In this document: piece after piece, positions 1-10,149 of the stretch
Numbering within the stretch: position 1 is the first letter of the stretch
Layout of the letters: each line of letters opens with the position of its first letter
Position numbers and translations under genes: made by a program
DNA from: Flavobacteriales bacterium
GTDB taxonomy: Bacteria; Bacteroidota; Bacteroidia; Flavobacteriales; TMED113
NCBI GenBank assembly: GCA_002722215.1
Contig: PBKX01000004.1
Location: forward strand, 35,482-99,481
Direction: 5' to 3'
Length of the DNA stretch: 64,000 bases
Notes under the pieces: model-generated
What the model was told of the DNA's origin: nothing
What the model saw: the letters and a program-made list of their open reading frames with translations, nothing else
Databases searched by the model: none

Positions 1-118
1 CTCTTTTTCCTAAAAAAAATGTCTCATTACTAGCATTCCCATATGTTAATTTAGAAATAAGAATTAATAAAGAAAAGTATAGAGCTAATACAACAATAAT
101 AGATACGGAAGATAACAT
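1..118 (-). CDS. 5' end of an unidentified membrane protein gene running off the left edge (partial)
   Basis: ATG at 118..116 (minus) opens a frame that stays open to position 1: MLSSVSIIVVLALYFSLLILISKLTYGNASNETFFLGKR... It has a hydrophobic N-terminal helix. It is too short to identify and is not in the ORF track. Confidence 0.25.
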   Translation of the reverse strand, partial: MLSSVSIIVVLALYFSLLILISKLTYGNASNETFFLGKR

Positions 119-175
119 AGCAACAAAGAAAAGAAATACTTAACAAAAGTAACCATATTTTCATATTTTTGAGGT

Positions 176-787
176 GTGAATTTTCCTTCTTCCTTAATTA
201 AAAATGCTGTCGAAGCTATATCTAATTTTCCTGGAATAGGAAAAAAAACTGCATTAAGATTAGCAGTATACCTATTACGAAACAAAAAACAAGCTCAAAA
301 CATTTCTCAATCAATCAAAGAAATGATCGAGCAAACTACATACTGTCAAAATTGTTATAATATTTCAAAACATGATCTATGTAATATCTGTGCGAATAAC
401 AAGCGAAATAAAAACACTATTTGTGTCGTTGAAGATATTAGAGATATTATTGCAATTGAAAATACAATGCAATATAAGGGCCTGTATCACGTGTTGGGGG
501 GATTAATTTCGCCTATAGATGGGATTGGTCCAAATGAGTTAAATATTGACAGCTTGGTGGAGAAAATACAAAAAGGAAATGTTGAAGAAATTATTTTTGC
601 ATTATGTGCTAGTATGGAAGGTGAAACTACTAGTTATTATATGTACAAACAACTACGTCCTTTTGAGCTAAATATAACAACGATTTCAAAAGGTATTTCC
701 ATTGGAAATGAACTAGAATACACAGATGAGATTACATTAGGAAGAGCATTGTTAAATAGATATGCCTTTGAAAAAAGCTTAGAATAA
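176..787 (+). CDS. recR: recombination protein RecR
   Basis: 203-aa ORF with a GTG start. It has an N-terminal helix-hairpin-helix (NFPGIGKKTALRLA), a C4 zinc finger (CQNCYNISKHDLCNIC) and a Toprim-like core (ICVVEDIRD). Confidence 0.9.
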   Translation: MNFPSSLIKNAVEAISNFPGIGKKTALRLAVYLLRNKKQAQNISQSIKEMIEQTTYCQNCYNISKHDLCNICANNKRNKNTICVVEDIRDIIAIENTMQYKGLYHVLGGLISPIDGIGPNELNIDSLVEKIQKGNVEEIIFALCASMEGETTSYYMYKQLRPFELNITTISKGISIGNELEYTDEITLGRALLNRYAFEKSLE

Positions 788-2418
788 TGATACTATCTAT
801 TATTATCGTCAATTATAATGTAGAACATTTTCTGCATCAATGTTTAAAATCAATAGAAAAAGCAATACAAGATATCCCTCTGGAAATATTTGTCGTAGAT
901 AATAATTCCGTAGATAATTCTTTAAATATGTTACGCAATAATTTTCCATATGTTAAAATTATTGCCAATAGTGATAATAAAGGGTTTTCGAAAGCAAATA
1001 ATCAAGCAATTCGACAAGCAAAAGGAAAATATATTCTACTACTAAATCCTGATACCATTATTCAACCAAATACTCTAATTGAAACTATTAGTTTTTTACA
1101 AGAAACACCACATGCTGGCGCTGTGGGAGTCAAAATGATTGATGGGAATGGTAACTTTTTACCAGAATCAAAAAGATCTCTACCAAATCCTAAAAGTGCA
1201 TTTTATAAAATTTTTGGACTAAGTAAGTTATTTCCAAAATCCAAAAAATACGGACAATATCACTTGAATTATCTAGATGAAAATAAAATATATGAAGTTG
1301 ATGTTTTATCAGGTGCATTTTTTATGACAAGAAAAAATATATTAGATGAAATAGGAATGTTAGATGAAACATTCTTTATGTATGGAGAGGATATCGATTT
1401 ATCTTATAGAATACAACAACATGGATATAAGAACTTTTATTTTCCAAAAACAAGTATTATACATTACAAAGGAGAAAGTACGAAAAAAACAAGCATGAAT
1501 TATATATTTATGTTTTATAATGCTATGATTATTTTTGTCAAAAAACATTATGTTACAAAAAATGCAAAACCATTAGTTTTTTTTATTAAAATAGCAATCT
1601 TCTTAAGAGCGTCTGTATCAATCTTAAAAAGATTAATCTTTAAGATTACACAACCAGTTTTTGATGCTATTCTAATATTTGTTGGCATGTATTTCTTGCA
1701 GAAAATATGGGCCATTAATTATTTTTTAAATAAAGACTATTATAATGACTATTTTGTCAAATACGCTATCCCAATCTATATATTATTTTGGATAGGAGGC
1801 ATTTATTCGCAAAATGGATATCAAAATGTATCAAATATATTTAAAGTTATTAAAGGGATTATATTTGGCACTATCACAATGCTTATAATATATGCACTTC
1901 TACCTGAAAATTTAAGATTTTCAAGAGCTTTGATTTTACTGGGATCTATATGGACTATTTTCTCACTTTCAGGGACTAGATATTTATTAGATAAATTAAA
2001 TATTGCTAAGAAAAAAATCAAAAGAATCGGAATTATAGCAGAAGAAAAGGAATTTAAAAGAATCCTTAAAATAATAAAAATGACACATTCAAAAACAAAA
2101 TTTATCGGGCAAATTAATATCAAAAACAAAGATTCCGAATCATTAGGCAATATATCCCAAATAAAAGAAATATTAAAAATCTATGATTTGAATGAGATTA
2201 TCTTTTCGGCAAAAGATGTAAATGCTAATATAATTATGAATTATATGCGAAAAATAGATAAAAATTTATCTATTAAAATTGCTCCATCTGAGAGCACTTT
2301 TATTATTGGGAGTAATTCAATTCATAAACAAGGTGATTTATATACGTTAAATAATTCTGTACCAAACACACATTTTATAAAAAAAATTTTTAAAAAATAT
2401 ATAGACTTTTTTAATTAG
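787..2418 (+). CDS. family 2 glycosyltransferase fused to a multi-TM plus Rossmann-like C-terminal module
   Basis: GT-A/GT2 signature in the first ~250 aa (IIIVNYN, VVDNNSVDNS, LLLNPD, YGEDIDLSYR). This is followed by about 5 hydrophobic helices and a C-terminal segment (KRIGIIAEEKEF...IIFSAKD). Confidence 0.8.
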   Translation: MILSIIIVNYNVEHFLHQCLKSIEKAIQDIPLEIFVVDNNSVDNSLNMLRNNFPYVKIIANSDNKGFSKANNQAIRQAKGKYILLLNPDTIIQPNTLIETISFLQETPHAGAVGVKMIDGNGNFLPESKRSLPNPKSAFYKIFGLSKLFPKSKKYGQYHLNYLDENKIYEVDVLSGAFFMTRKNILDEIGMLDETFFMYGEDIDLSYRIQQHGYKNFYFPKTSIIHYKGESTKKTSMNYIFMFYNAMIIFVKKHYVTKNAKPLVFFIKIAIFLRASVSILKRLIFKITQPVFDAILIFVGMYFLQKIWAINYFLNKDYYNDYFVKYAIPIYILFWIGGIYSQNGYQNVSNIFKVIKGIIFGTITMLIIYALLPENLRFSRALILLGSIWTIFSLSGTRYLLDKLNIAKKKIKRIGIIAEEKEFKRILKIIKMTHSKTKFIGQINIKNKDSESLGNISQIKEILKIYDLNEIIFSAKDVNANIIMNYMRKIDKNLSIKIAPSESTFIIGSNSIHKQGDLYTLNNSVPNTHFIKKIFKKYIDFFN

Positions 2419-2448
2419 CTTTGTACCAGTGATATAAAATGTCAATCT

Positions 2449-3798
2449 ATGGGAAAAATTGAGTTGATAATGCCAAAAATGGGAGAAAGCGTAGCAGAAG
2501 CTACGATCATAAAGTGGCTAAAAAATGTAGGAGATGCTATTGAAATAGATGAGACAGTCGTAGAGATTGCTACAGATAAAGTAGATTCTGAGATACCATC
2601 TATTGCTAAAGGTATTTTAAAAGAAAAAAGATATCAAGAAAATGATATTGTCAAAGTAGGAGAAGTAATTGCGATTATCGAAGATGATACGATATTAAAT
2701 GTTGAAAAGAACATATTGAAAGCAGCAACTGCCGACCAACAAATCACATCATCTATTAAAAAACAAACAGATAATAAAGAAGAAATTAAAGCTGATCTAA
2801 ATAATCTAACAAACAAAGACCAAGACCTTAATACTCAAAAAAAGCCCTCTATTGATTTTCATCAATCTAATCGTTTTTTCTCACCATTAGTGAAAAATAT
2901 TGCAAAAAAAGAAAATATTTCGCACGAAGAACTTACTAACATAACTGGAACAGGTAAAAACTCTAGACTTACTAAAAAAGATTTATTAAACTACATTGAA
3001 CAACAACGTATAATAGATAATAGAATAGTCACAGAATCAAAATCTACTGAAACAAAGAAACAACATACTCATCCTATATCTAGCAATGCCAATGTAGAAA
3101 TTGTTGAGATGGATAGAATGAGAAAAATCATTGCAAAACATATGATTGATAGTAAATCAATCTCTGCACATGTCACGTCGTTTGTTGAAACTGATGTTTC
3201 TAAAATTGTAGAATGGAGACAAAGAATAAAAAAGAAGTTTATAGATAGAGAAAATGAAAAGATTACATATACACCCATCATATTTGAATCTATCATTAAA
3301 GCAATAATTGATTTTCCCATGATTAATATATCGGTGGATGGTGATAACATTATAAAACATAAAAATATTCACCTCGGAATGGCAGCTGCTTTACCAAATG
3401 GTAATCTAATTGTTCCTGTTATTAAAAACGCTCAAGAAAAAAATATTTTAGGACTTACAAAATCTGTCAATAATTTAGCAAAACGAGCCCGTGAAAACCA
3501 ATTACATCCTGATGAGATTAGTGGAGGCACATTTACTGTCACGAATGTAGGGTCATTTGGTAGTATTATGGGTACCCCAATTATTAATCAACCGCAAGTT
3601 GCAATATTAGCACTAGGAAAAATTCAAAAAAAACCAACTGTCATAGAAACTGAATTTGGAGATACTATTGGGATAAGATCAAAAATGTTTCTTTCTTTAT
3701 CTTATGATCACAGAGTCATTGATGGTGCTCTAGGCAGTCAATTCTTAAAAAGAATTGCTGATTATCTAGAATCTTTTGATATATCACGAGAAATATGA
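2449..3798 (+). CDS. 2-oxoacid dehydrogenase E2 component (dihydrolipoamide acyltransferase)
   Basis: Lipoyl domain with EIATDKVDSEIPS, a peripheral-subunit-binding motif (SPLVKNIAKKENI...TGTGKNSRLTKKDL) and the catalytic motif SYDHRVIDGA. Confidence 0.9.
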   Translation: MGKIELIMPKMGESVAEATIIKWLKNVGDAIEIDETVVEIATDKVDSEIPSIAKGILKEKRYQENDIVKVGEVIAIIEDDTILNVEKNILKAATADQQITSSIKKQTDNKEEIKADLNNLTNKDQDLNTQKKPSIDFHQSNRFFSPLVKNIAKKENISHEELTNITGTGKNSRLTKKDLLNYIEQQRIIDNRIVTESKSTETKKQHTHPISSNANVEIVEMDRMRKIIAKHMIDSKSISAHVTSFVETDVSKIVEWRQRIKKKFIDRENEKITYTPIIFESIIKAIIDFPMINISVDGDNIIKHKNIHLGMAAALPNGNLIVPVIKNAQEKNILGLTKSVNNLAKRARENQLHPDEISGGTFTVTNVGSFGSIMGTPIINQPQVAILALGKIQKKPTVIETEFGDTIGIRSKMFLSLSYDHRVIDGALGSQFLKRIADYLESFDISREI

Positions 3799-4406
3799 AA
3801 ATAATTTGTGTTGGACGAAATTATAAAAAACATATATTCGAATTAAAGAATAGTGTGCCAGAAGAAATAGTATTCTTTTTAAAACCAGAAACAGCAATTC
3901 CTCAAAAAAATCAACCTTTTTTTATTCCAGATTTTTCGAATGATATCCATCATGAAATTGAACTTGTAATTAGAATTAATAAAACTGGCAAACACATCCA
4001 AAAACAATTTTCTAATACATATTATGATCAAATAACATTGGGAGTAGATTTTACAGCAAGGGATCTTCAACAAAGATTGAAAGAAAAAAGAGAACCTTGG
4101 GAAAAAGCTAAATCTTTTGATAATTCAGCTCCTATAGGTAGACTTATCTCAAAAGATAGATTTTTAGATATTAATAACATTAACTTCACACTCTTTAAAA
4201 ACAAAAAAAAAGTTCAAAGTGGAAATACAAAAGATATGATATTTAAGATTGATGAAATCATTTCATATGTGTCTGAATTTATTACCTTAAAAAAAGGTGA
4301 TCTCATTTTTACTGGGACACCTGATGGTGTAGGGAAAGTCGAAAAAGAAGATATTTTAGAGGGGTATATAGAAAATGAAAAAATTCTTGATTTTAAAGTA
4401 AAATAA
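3795..4406 (+). CDS. fumarylacetoacetate hydrolase (FAH) family protein
   Basis: 203 aa. The pattern KIICVGRNYKKH...HHEIELVIRI...DLIFTGTPDGVG is typical of small FAH-family hydrolases/isomerases. ATGA overlap with the E2 stop. Confidence 0.8.
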   Translation: MKIICVGRNYKKHIFELKNSVPEEIVFFLKPETAIPQKNQPFFIPDFSNDIHHEIELVIRINKTGKHIQKQFSNTYYDQITLGVDFTARDLQQRLKEKREPWEKAKSFDNSAPIGRLISKDRFLDINNINFTLFKNKKKVQSGNTKDMIFKIDEIISYVSEFITLKKGDLIFTGTPDGVGKVEKEDILEGYIENEKILDFKVK

Positions 4407-4415
4407 TTAAATGTC

Positions 4416-5135
4416 TTATAAAAGATCAAATAAGTTATTCACTCCCAAATATCTATTATTTAAAAATCCTTCAGCATATTCTGTAGAAATAAATCTGCCT
4501 AAATCTTTCGATCTACTAGAGACTAACTCAAGAAATGATTTTGTTGATATTAATGTTTCTAGTTCTTGCGATTCAGGATTATAAAACTGAGATGAATAAG
4601 ACTTAATAATTTCCATCTTTTTTTTCATAAATGGTGAAATATCTACAAGGAAATCTGGTTTAATATCGTCATATTGAATATAATTATATAGTACATACGG
4701 TCTAAATGGATCTTGTTTATGGTTCTTAAATTCTGTGACAATTTTTATTAACCCAGACAAAAAACACGCTTCAGAGACTAATTGAGATGCTCTTCCATGA
4801 TCCGGGTGTCTATCATTAGGTGAATTACACAGAATAATACGTGGCCTATAATGCCTAATTCTTTTTATAACCTCTAATTGATTTTGTTTATTATTTTCAA
4901 AAAAACCATCAGATAATAAAAGATTCTCTCTGAAACTAACACCCATTTTTTCTGCAGCTACTTTAGCTTCCTTATCTCTTATATTCGCACTCCCTCTTGT
5001 ACCTAACTCTCCCCTAGTAAGATCAATCAATCCAACCTTAAAACCTAGCGATATATGTCTTAAAATAGTTCCTCCACAACCTAATTCAACATCATCTGGA
5101 TGTGCACCAAATGCTAAAATATCAATGTTACTCAT
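4416..5135 (-). CDS. bshB1: bacillithiol biosynthesis deacetylase BshB1 (LmbE/PIG-L family)
   Basis: AFGAHPDDVELGCGGT zinc-site motif and HPDH further on. The length (239 aa) is typical of BshB1. Confidence 0.8.
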   Translation of the reverse strand: MSNIDILAFGAHPDDVELGCGGTILRHISLGFKVGLIDLTRGELGTRGSANIRDKEAKVAAEKMGVSFRENLLLSDGFFENNKQNQLEVIKRIRHYRPRIILCNSPNDRHPDHGRASQLVSEACFLSGLIKIVTEFKNHKQDPFRPYVLYNYIQYDDIKPDFLVDISPFMKKKMEIIKSYSSQFYNPESQELETLISTKSFLELVSSRSKDLGRFISTEYAEGFLNNRYLGVNNLFDLL

Positions 5136-5142
5136 GTTAATA

Positions 5143-6843
5143 TTAATTTAACCAATTATTAAATCTAAAAAAACTAACAAATGAAATTAGACAAAATCCA
5201 ACAAATGTAGGTAAAACAAAGTCGGGTATAGGGAAGGCATCCCCAGCAGCATAAGAGTGTAATCCATCTAGATAATAGTTGACTCCGAAATATGTCATTA
5301 AAATAGAACTAAATCCAAATAATGCCAATAAATTAAACCAGTAAGTATACTTTGTTAATTTTAATAGCCTTATATGAAGTATGAGGGCATAAACAATACA
5401 GCTAACAAGTGCCCAGGTTTCTTTTGGATCCCAACCCCAATATCTTCCCCAGGATTCATTTGCCCAAACACCCCCCAAAAATGTCCCAATGGTCAGTAGA
5501 AATAAACCTATCATCATAGATTGTTCATTTATTATAGTCAAATTAAATACATTAGATTTAATTTTAGATTTATTGCTAAAAATAATTAACAGCATATTTA
5601 AGAAACCAATAAAAGCACATAAACCAAAAAAACCATAACTAGAAGTAATGACCGAAACATGTATCATTAGCCAATAAGATTTTAATACCGGAACCAAATT
5701 GGTAACTTCTGGATTTAACCAATTTAAATTTGCAACAAATAGTAACATAGAGGCAACTAAAGAAGCAGCAACTAAGCTAAAATTAGATTTTTTAGAAAAT
5801 ACTATACCCGCAACCATTGTTGCAAATGCAATAAAAATGACTGATTCATATGCATTACTCCAAGGAGCATGATTTGAAATATACCACCTTAATCCTAGAG
5901 ATAGAAAGTGAAAAATAAAGCCCAAAAGAATCACATATTTGAGCGACACAGTAATTTGAGTTATAATTTTATTAGGGAAGAAAATATCAAATAATAAAAC
6001 AACAAACATAGAGCATCCGACAAGGAAGTAAAACAAAAATAATCTTGTCCAACCGAAAGGTTTCAGCTTATTATATAGTATTTCTAAATTAATCTTTGTT
6101 GAAGAAGGTAAGATAGATTCAGCATACTCTTTTTGATAATTATGAATAAAGCTTATCATCGAATTCACCGACTCCCATTTTTTATCTAAAAATGCTGTAT
6201 AAACTAACTCGCGATAAATACTTTTAAAACTTCTAGTTTTAGCGCTATCTATCCCTGGAATATACATTGGAACATCAGATAACCAAGGATCTTCTATGGA
6301 CTCCGTTGATGGAAATAATTTAATTAATTGGTCAGAAAAAATCATTGAACATATATTAACGCGTTCATCAACATCGATAATGTTTTTGTCAAACTTAGTT
6401 CTATCAATAGGTCTCTTGGAATATGCTGATTCAACATAAGGTCTTAAAATATATTCAGTATCAGAAAAAAAAGACATAAATGAAACATGCGAATCATTTT
6501 TATTTAAAATAGTTAGAATATCTAAATCCGACACTTTAATAATTGGTACTATTTGCCATAATAGCGGATCTACTAGCATGCCAATTACAATTTGAGTAGA
6601 TTGCTGATTATATAAATTATCTTTTCTAGAAACTTTCCTTAATATTTCAGAACAAATAGTGTGAAACGGCTTAATTCTATCGCCTTGATCTTGTATTGGT
6701 ATTTGACCAAATAATTCCGCATGTTTTTCATCTATTAATCTTTTTTCCAATAATGTATCCAATGGTATTTCAGATTCTAACGCGAGGGATAAAGAAAATA
6801 GACCACAAAAAATAGACAAAACAATATGTTTGTACATTATCAT
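5143..6843 (-). CDS. ccsA: cytochrome c biogenesis protein CcsA (system II heme handling)
   Basis: C-terminal multi-TM region with the Trp-rich motif WGRYWGWDPKETWA and conserved His residues. The N-terminal signal and large periplasmic extension match Bacteroidota CcsA. Overlaps the resB stop. Confidence 0.85.
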   Translation of the reverse strand: MIMYKHIVLSIFCGLFSLSLALESEIPLDTLLEKRLIDEKHAELFGQIPIQDQGDRIKPFHTICSEILRKVSRKDNLYNQQSTQIVIGMLVDPLLWQIVPIIKVSDLDILTILNKNDSHVSFMSFFSDTEYILRPYVESAYSKRPIDRTKFDKNIIDVDERVNICSMIFSDQLIKLFPSTESIEDPWLSDVPMYIPGIDSAKTRSFKSIYRELVYTAFLDKKWESVNSMISFIHNYQKEYAESILPSSTKINLEILYNKLKPFGWTRLFLFYFLVGCSMFVVLLFDIFFPNKIITQITVSLKYVILLGFIFHFLSLGLRWYISNHAPWSNAYESVIFIAFATMVAGIVFSKKSNFSLVAASLVASMLLFVANLNWLNPEVTNLVPVLKSYWLMIHVSVITSSYGFFGLCAFIGFLNMLLIIFSNKSKIKSNVFNLTIINEQSMMIGLFLLTIGTFLGGVWANESWGRYWGWDPKETWALVSCIVYALILHIRLLKLTKYTYWFNLLALFGFSSILMTYFGVNYYLDGLHSYAAGDAFPIPDFVLPTFVGFCLISFVSFFRFNNWLN

Positions 6844-8228
6844 ATAGATTTATTAATTTTTTTATTTAAAAGATTGATTCGAGAAAAGCGAGATAACATA
6901 ACACTAATAACAGATAATAATAAAGATAAATAGCCAAAATATGTTACCATAGTTCCCCATTTATCTTGATTAACAGATAATATCGTCCCCTGTTCATCTT
7001 CATCATAAGAAGATTGAAAAAATCTATACCCCTTATAATTAAGAACATTATTCATGAAAATTCTATAATTAAATTGATTATCACCATCTAAAACTTCTAT
7101 TTCACTTGCAAAAGAAGAGGGACTATCAGAACCCGGATACCTATCCAATTGAAAATCTTTTAAAAAAATAGCAAACGGAAGTGAGTAAATTTTTGGGCCA
7201 TATGAAATAGAAAAAAATAAATTATTAAATTGAAAGTATTCTTTTGATGAAAGAACCCCTTTAGATCCATATAAATCGACAACTGTATCTTTCTTCATAA
7301 CACTAACTTTAATCCTAAGTAAATCTAATTTTGATTGATCATTTTTGAGGTTACTAGATTTCTTTCTTAATACAGAATTTGTAAAATGGTTCTTAAAAAC
7401 TACTTTATTACCTGAAATAGTATATAATGTTTTATGATTTAAAATATGGTTTGTGTTTTTTATTAATTTCCCCATAGATTGATCTGACATTTTCATATAT
7501 TCAACGTCATATGGAGAAATAAAATAAAACAATGAATCTTTCTGAAAAATATTAAAATCTAAATCTAATTTCACATCAAATCCAACAGCTAATCCTTGAA
7601 TATCTTTATTGGTTTTTCTCAATAAGTACTCTGACTTCATGCCACCAGAAGAAGATGGCACAATTAATTCTATAATACTATTACCATTAGACTGATATCC
7701 AACTACTTCATCAATAGGATCATGTATGAAATCTATATATTCGATTTGAATTTTTTGATTTTGAAAATTAACAGGAATGGCAAAATGATTATCAGTAATA
7801 GAAGAAAACAACACTTCCTTGGAACCAGAGTATTGATTAACACCGTCATGAATTTTAAATTCTAAAAATTGATTAACAGAGACAAATTGATTATTTAAAT
7901 TTCCCTCTCTGATTCTCATCGCTCCTTCCTTACTGACATACCTAGTGATACCCGCACCAATAATAATAAATATAAAGGATAGATGTAAAAATAAAATTGG
8001 CATTTTTCTTACATGATATAGTTTATATTCGAATATATTATAAATAAAAATTGAACATAATAGTACTAGCATTAATTCCAACCACCAACTATTAAAGACA
8101 AGAGCTCTAGCTGCGTCTGTTCCATAATCATTTTCCACAAAAGTGGCACCAGCTATTCCAATACTAAAAAATAACAGAATGATCAATGCGGACTGGATAG
8201 AAAAAATATAATTAAAGTATTTATTCAA
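6840..8228 (-). CDS. cytochrome c biogenesis protein ResB/Ccs1
   Basis: 462 aa with N-terminal TM helices, a large soluble loop and a C-terminal TM. It lies directly upstream of ccsA and overlaps it, which is the classic system II pair. Confidence 0.8.
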   Translation of the reverse strand: MNKYFNYIFSIQSALIILLFFSIGIAGATFVENDYGTDAARALVFNSWWLELMLVLLCSIFIYNIFEYKLYHVRKMPILFLHLSFIFIIIGAGITRYVSKEGAMRIREGNLNNQFVSVNQFLEFKIHDGVNQYSGSKEVLFSSITDNHFAIPVNFQNQKIQIEYIDFIHDPIDEVVGYQSNGNSIIELIVPSSSGGMKSEYLLRKTNKDIQGLAVGFDVKLDLDFNIFQKDSLFYFISPYDVEYMKMSDQSMGKLIKNTNHILNHKTLYTISGNKVVFKNHFTNSVLRKKSSNLKNDQSKLDLLRIKVSVMKKDTVVDLYGSKGVLSSKEYFQFNNLFFSISYGPKIYSLPFAIFLKDFQLDRYPGSDSPSSFASEIEVLDGDNQFNYRIFMNNVLNYKGYRFFQSSYDEDEQGTILSVNQDKWGTMVTYFGYLSLLLSVISVMLSRFSRINLLNKKINKSI

Positions 8229-8250
8229 AGCTTAAAACATATTTAGAGTA

Positions 8251-8258
8251 CAAAAGTA
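8251..8258 (-). promoter_or_regulatory. candidate Bacteroidota -7 promoter box (TACTTTTG on minus strand) for resB-ccsA
   Basis: The plus-strand caaaagta is the reverse complement of TAnnTTTG. It lies 23 nt upstream of the resB start at 8228. Confidence 0.35.
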
Positions 8259-8260
8259 TT

Positions 8261-8268
8261 TATTTTTG
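8261..8268 (+). promoter_or_regulatory. candidate Bacteroidota -7 promoter box (TATTTTTG) for the 8288 gene string
   Basis: Matches TAnnTTTG and lies 20 nt upstream of the ATG at 8288. Confidence 0.35.
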
Positions 8269-8287
8269 TAATTATATTAATGATAAG

Positions 8288-9046
8288 ATGATTAAAAAAA
8301 TAACAATTATAGGCTCTGGGAATATAGCAACAAAATTATCTCTTGCTTTAAAGCAGTCAAAACTCAACATACCACAAATAATTTCAAGAAATCCAAAAAC
8401 TGGATTATTACTATCAAAACAAACAGAATCGGTATTCACAAATAATTTTAATAACATATTACCTACAGATTTAATTATTATCTGTATCAATGATGATCAC
8501 ATCTGCTCTGTTATCAAGAGTCTTCCCGATATAGCCATGGTGCATACTTCAGGGAGTACAGATATGAACGTGTTCATAGATAAAAAGAATTATGGTGTCA
8601 TATATCCAATCCAATCATTCAATACAAACCTAGATATAGATTTTCAAAAAATACCGATATGTATTGAATCAAATAATAAAATATTTGGGGAAAAACTTAT
8701 AAACTTAGGAAATCAAATTTCCAAAAAAGTATTTTACTTAAATTCTGAGAAACGAAAACACATACATTTATCTGCAGTTATTGCTGCGAATTTCTCTAAC
8801 TTTTGTTATTTAATAGCAAAAAAGTATTTGGATAAACAAAATTTAGATTTTGATTTATTAAAACCATTAATAATAGAAACTGCGAAAAAAGCAGTCATTC
8901 AAAATCCATTTTTAAGTCAAACTGGACCTGCCAAAAGAGGTGATCAAAAAATAATAAACCAACATTTAGAAATGCTCAATGACAAAAATTATAAAAAAAT
9001 ATATAAATTATTATCTGAAAATATATTAATGGAATATGGAAAGTGA
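8288..9046 (+). CDS. Rossmann-fold NAD(P)-binding / DUF2520-type protein
   Basis: N-terminal ITIIGSGNIATKL dinucleotide-binding loop. The 252-aa architecture resembles the Rossmann-plus-DUF2520 proteins common in Flavobacteriia. Function unknown. Confidence 0.6.
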   Translation: MIKKITIIGSGNIATKLSLALKQSKLNIPQIISRNPKTGLLLSKQTESVFTNNFNNILPTDLIIICINDDHICSVIKSLPDIAMVHTSGSTDMNVFIDKKNYGVIYPIQSFNTNLDIDFQKIPICIESNNKIFGEKLINLGNQISKKVFYLNSEKRKHIHLSAVIAANFSNFCYLIAKKYLDKQNLDFDLLKPLIIETAKKAVIQNPFLSQTGPAKRGDQKIINQHLEMLNDKNYKKIYKLLSENILMEYGK

Positions 9047-9560
9047 ATACAAGAAAAAATTAAAAGACATTAAAGCATTTGTTTTTGATGTTGATGGAGT
9101 CCTTACAAATGGTAATTTATATGTTTTCCCAAATGGAAAGTTAATTAGAAAAATGAATGCGAAAGATGGTTATGCAATAAAATTAGCAATCACTAATAAA
9201 TATCTAGTGGGTATCATTACTGGCGGGAAAGAAGAGGACATTAAAATAAGATTAGAAAAACTAGGAGTACATGATGTATTTTTAAACTCCCATGATAAAT
9301 TACCTGACATGGAAAAATTTATAAAAAAACATAAATTAACTAAAGAACAAGTCTTATATATGGGAGACGACATCCCAGACTTAGAAGTGTTAAAAAATGT
9401 TCACGTGAGTTGTTGTCCAAAAGATGCTGTCTATGATGTTAAGAGGATTTGTAATTACATTTCAAATAAAAATGGGGGTGAAGGTTGTGTCCGAGATATC
9501 ATAGAACAAACATTAAAAGTTGCTAATAAATGGAATCTAGATGGAACAATTAAATACTAA
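9036..9560 (+). CDS. kdsC: KDO 8-phosphate phosphatase (HAD family, KdsC)
   Basis: HAD motifs FDVDGVLTNG, ITGG and GDDIPD. The 174-aa size and overall pattern match KdsC. Confidence 0.8.
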   Translation: MESEYKKKLKDIKAFVFDVDGVLTNGNLYVFPNGKLIRKMNAKDGYAIKLAITNKYLVGIITGGKEEDIKIRLEKLGVHDVFLNSHDKLPDMEKFIKKHKLTKEQVLYMGDDIPDLEVLKNVHVSCCPKDAVYDVKRICNYISNKNGGEGCVRDIIEQTLKVANKWNLDGTIKY

Positions 9561-10125
9561 TAATCACACTATTATTTTGGGGTCCAAATCTCCAAGAAGA
9601 ATTGAACTAATGAATATGATGGGATTCCCTTTTAGAGTAGAAACGCTAGATATAGAGGAAAGTTATCCTAAATCACTCTCTCCTATTCAGGTAGCAATAT
9701 ATTTATCTAAAAAGAAAGCTTCGCATTATTTAATCAAAAAAAATGAAATAATAATTTGTGCTGATACAATTGTATATAGTGGCGGAACAATTCTAGAAAA
9801 GCCACAATCCAATGAAGAGGCAGTTAAAATGCTGAAATACATATCAAATCAACGACATTTTGTTGTAACTGGTGTGACGTTCAAAACAGATAGACAAACA
9901 ATCTCAATTTATGAGAGAAGTATTGTTTATTTTAAAAATCTTACTAGCGATGAAATAAAATACTATATTCAAAATTACAACCCTTTAGATAAAGCTGGCG
10001 GGTATGGAATACAAGATTGGATTGGATTAATAGGAATTAAAAAAATTTCAGGATCATTTTATAATGTGATGGGACTGCCGACTTTTAAGGTATATGAATA
10101 CTTAAATAAATTGACACAAACATAA
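9541..10125 (+). CDS. maf: Maf-like nucleoside triphosphate pyrophosphatase
   Basis: IILGSKSPRRIELM, ICADTIV and DKAGGYGIQD motifs. 194 aa. Confidence 0.85.
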   Translation: MEQLNTNNHTIILGSKSPRRIELMNMMGFPFRVETLDIEESYPKSLSPIQVAIYLSKKKASHYLIKKNEIIICADTIVYSGGTILEKPQSNEEAVKMLKYISNQRHFVVTGVTFKTDRQTISIYERSIVYFKNLTSDEIKYYIQNYNPLDKAGGYGIQDWIGLIGIKKISGSFYNVMGLPTFKVYEYLNKLTQT

Positions 10126-10149
10126 TACTAAAACATATATATTAGAAAC

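Noticed and set aside
164-171. TATTTTTG promoter-like box only 4 nt before the recR GTG
   Set aside because: It is too close to the start codon to be compatible with the 18 to 23 nt spacing seen at the other candidates. It could imply a leaderless mRNA, but the evidence is too weak to call.
85-285. 66-aa minus-strand ORF overlapping the recR 5' end
   Set aside because: It overlaps the strongly supported recR start. Only its distal part could be real, and a different frame (1..118) looks more like the true upstream gene.
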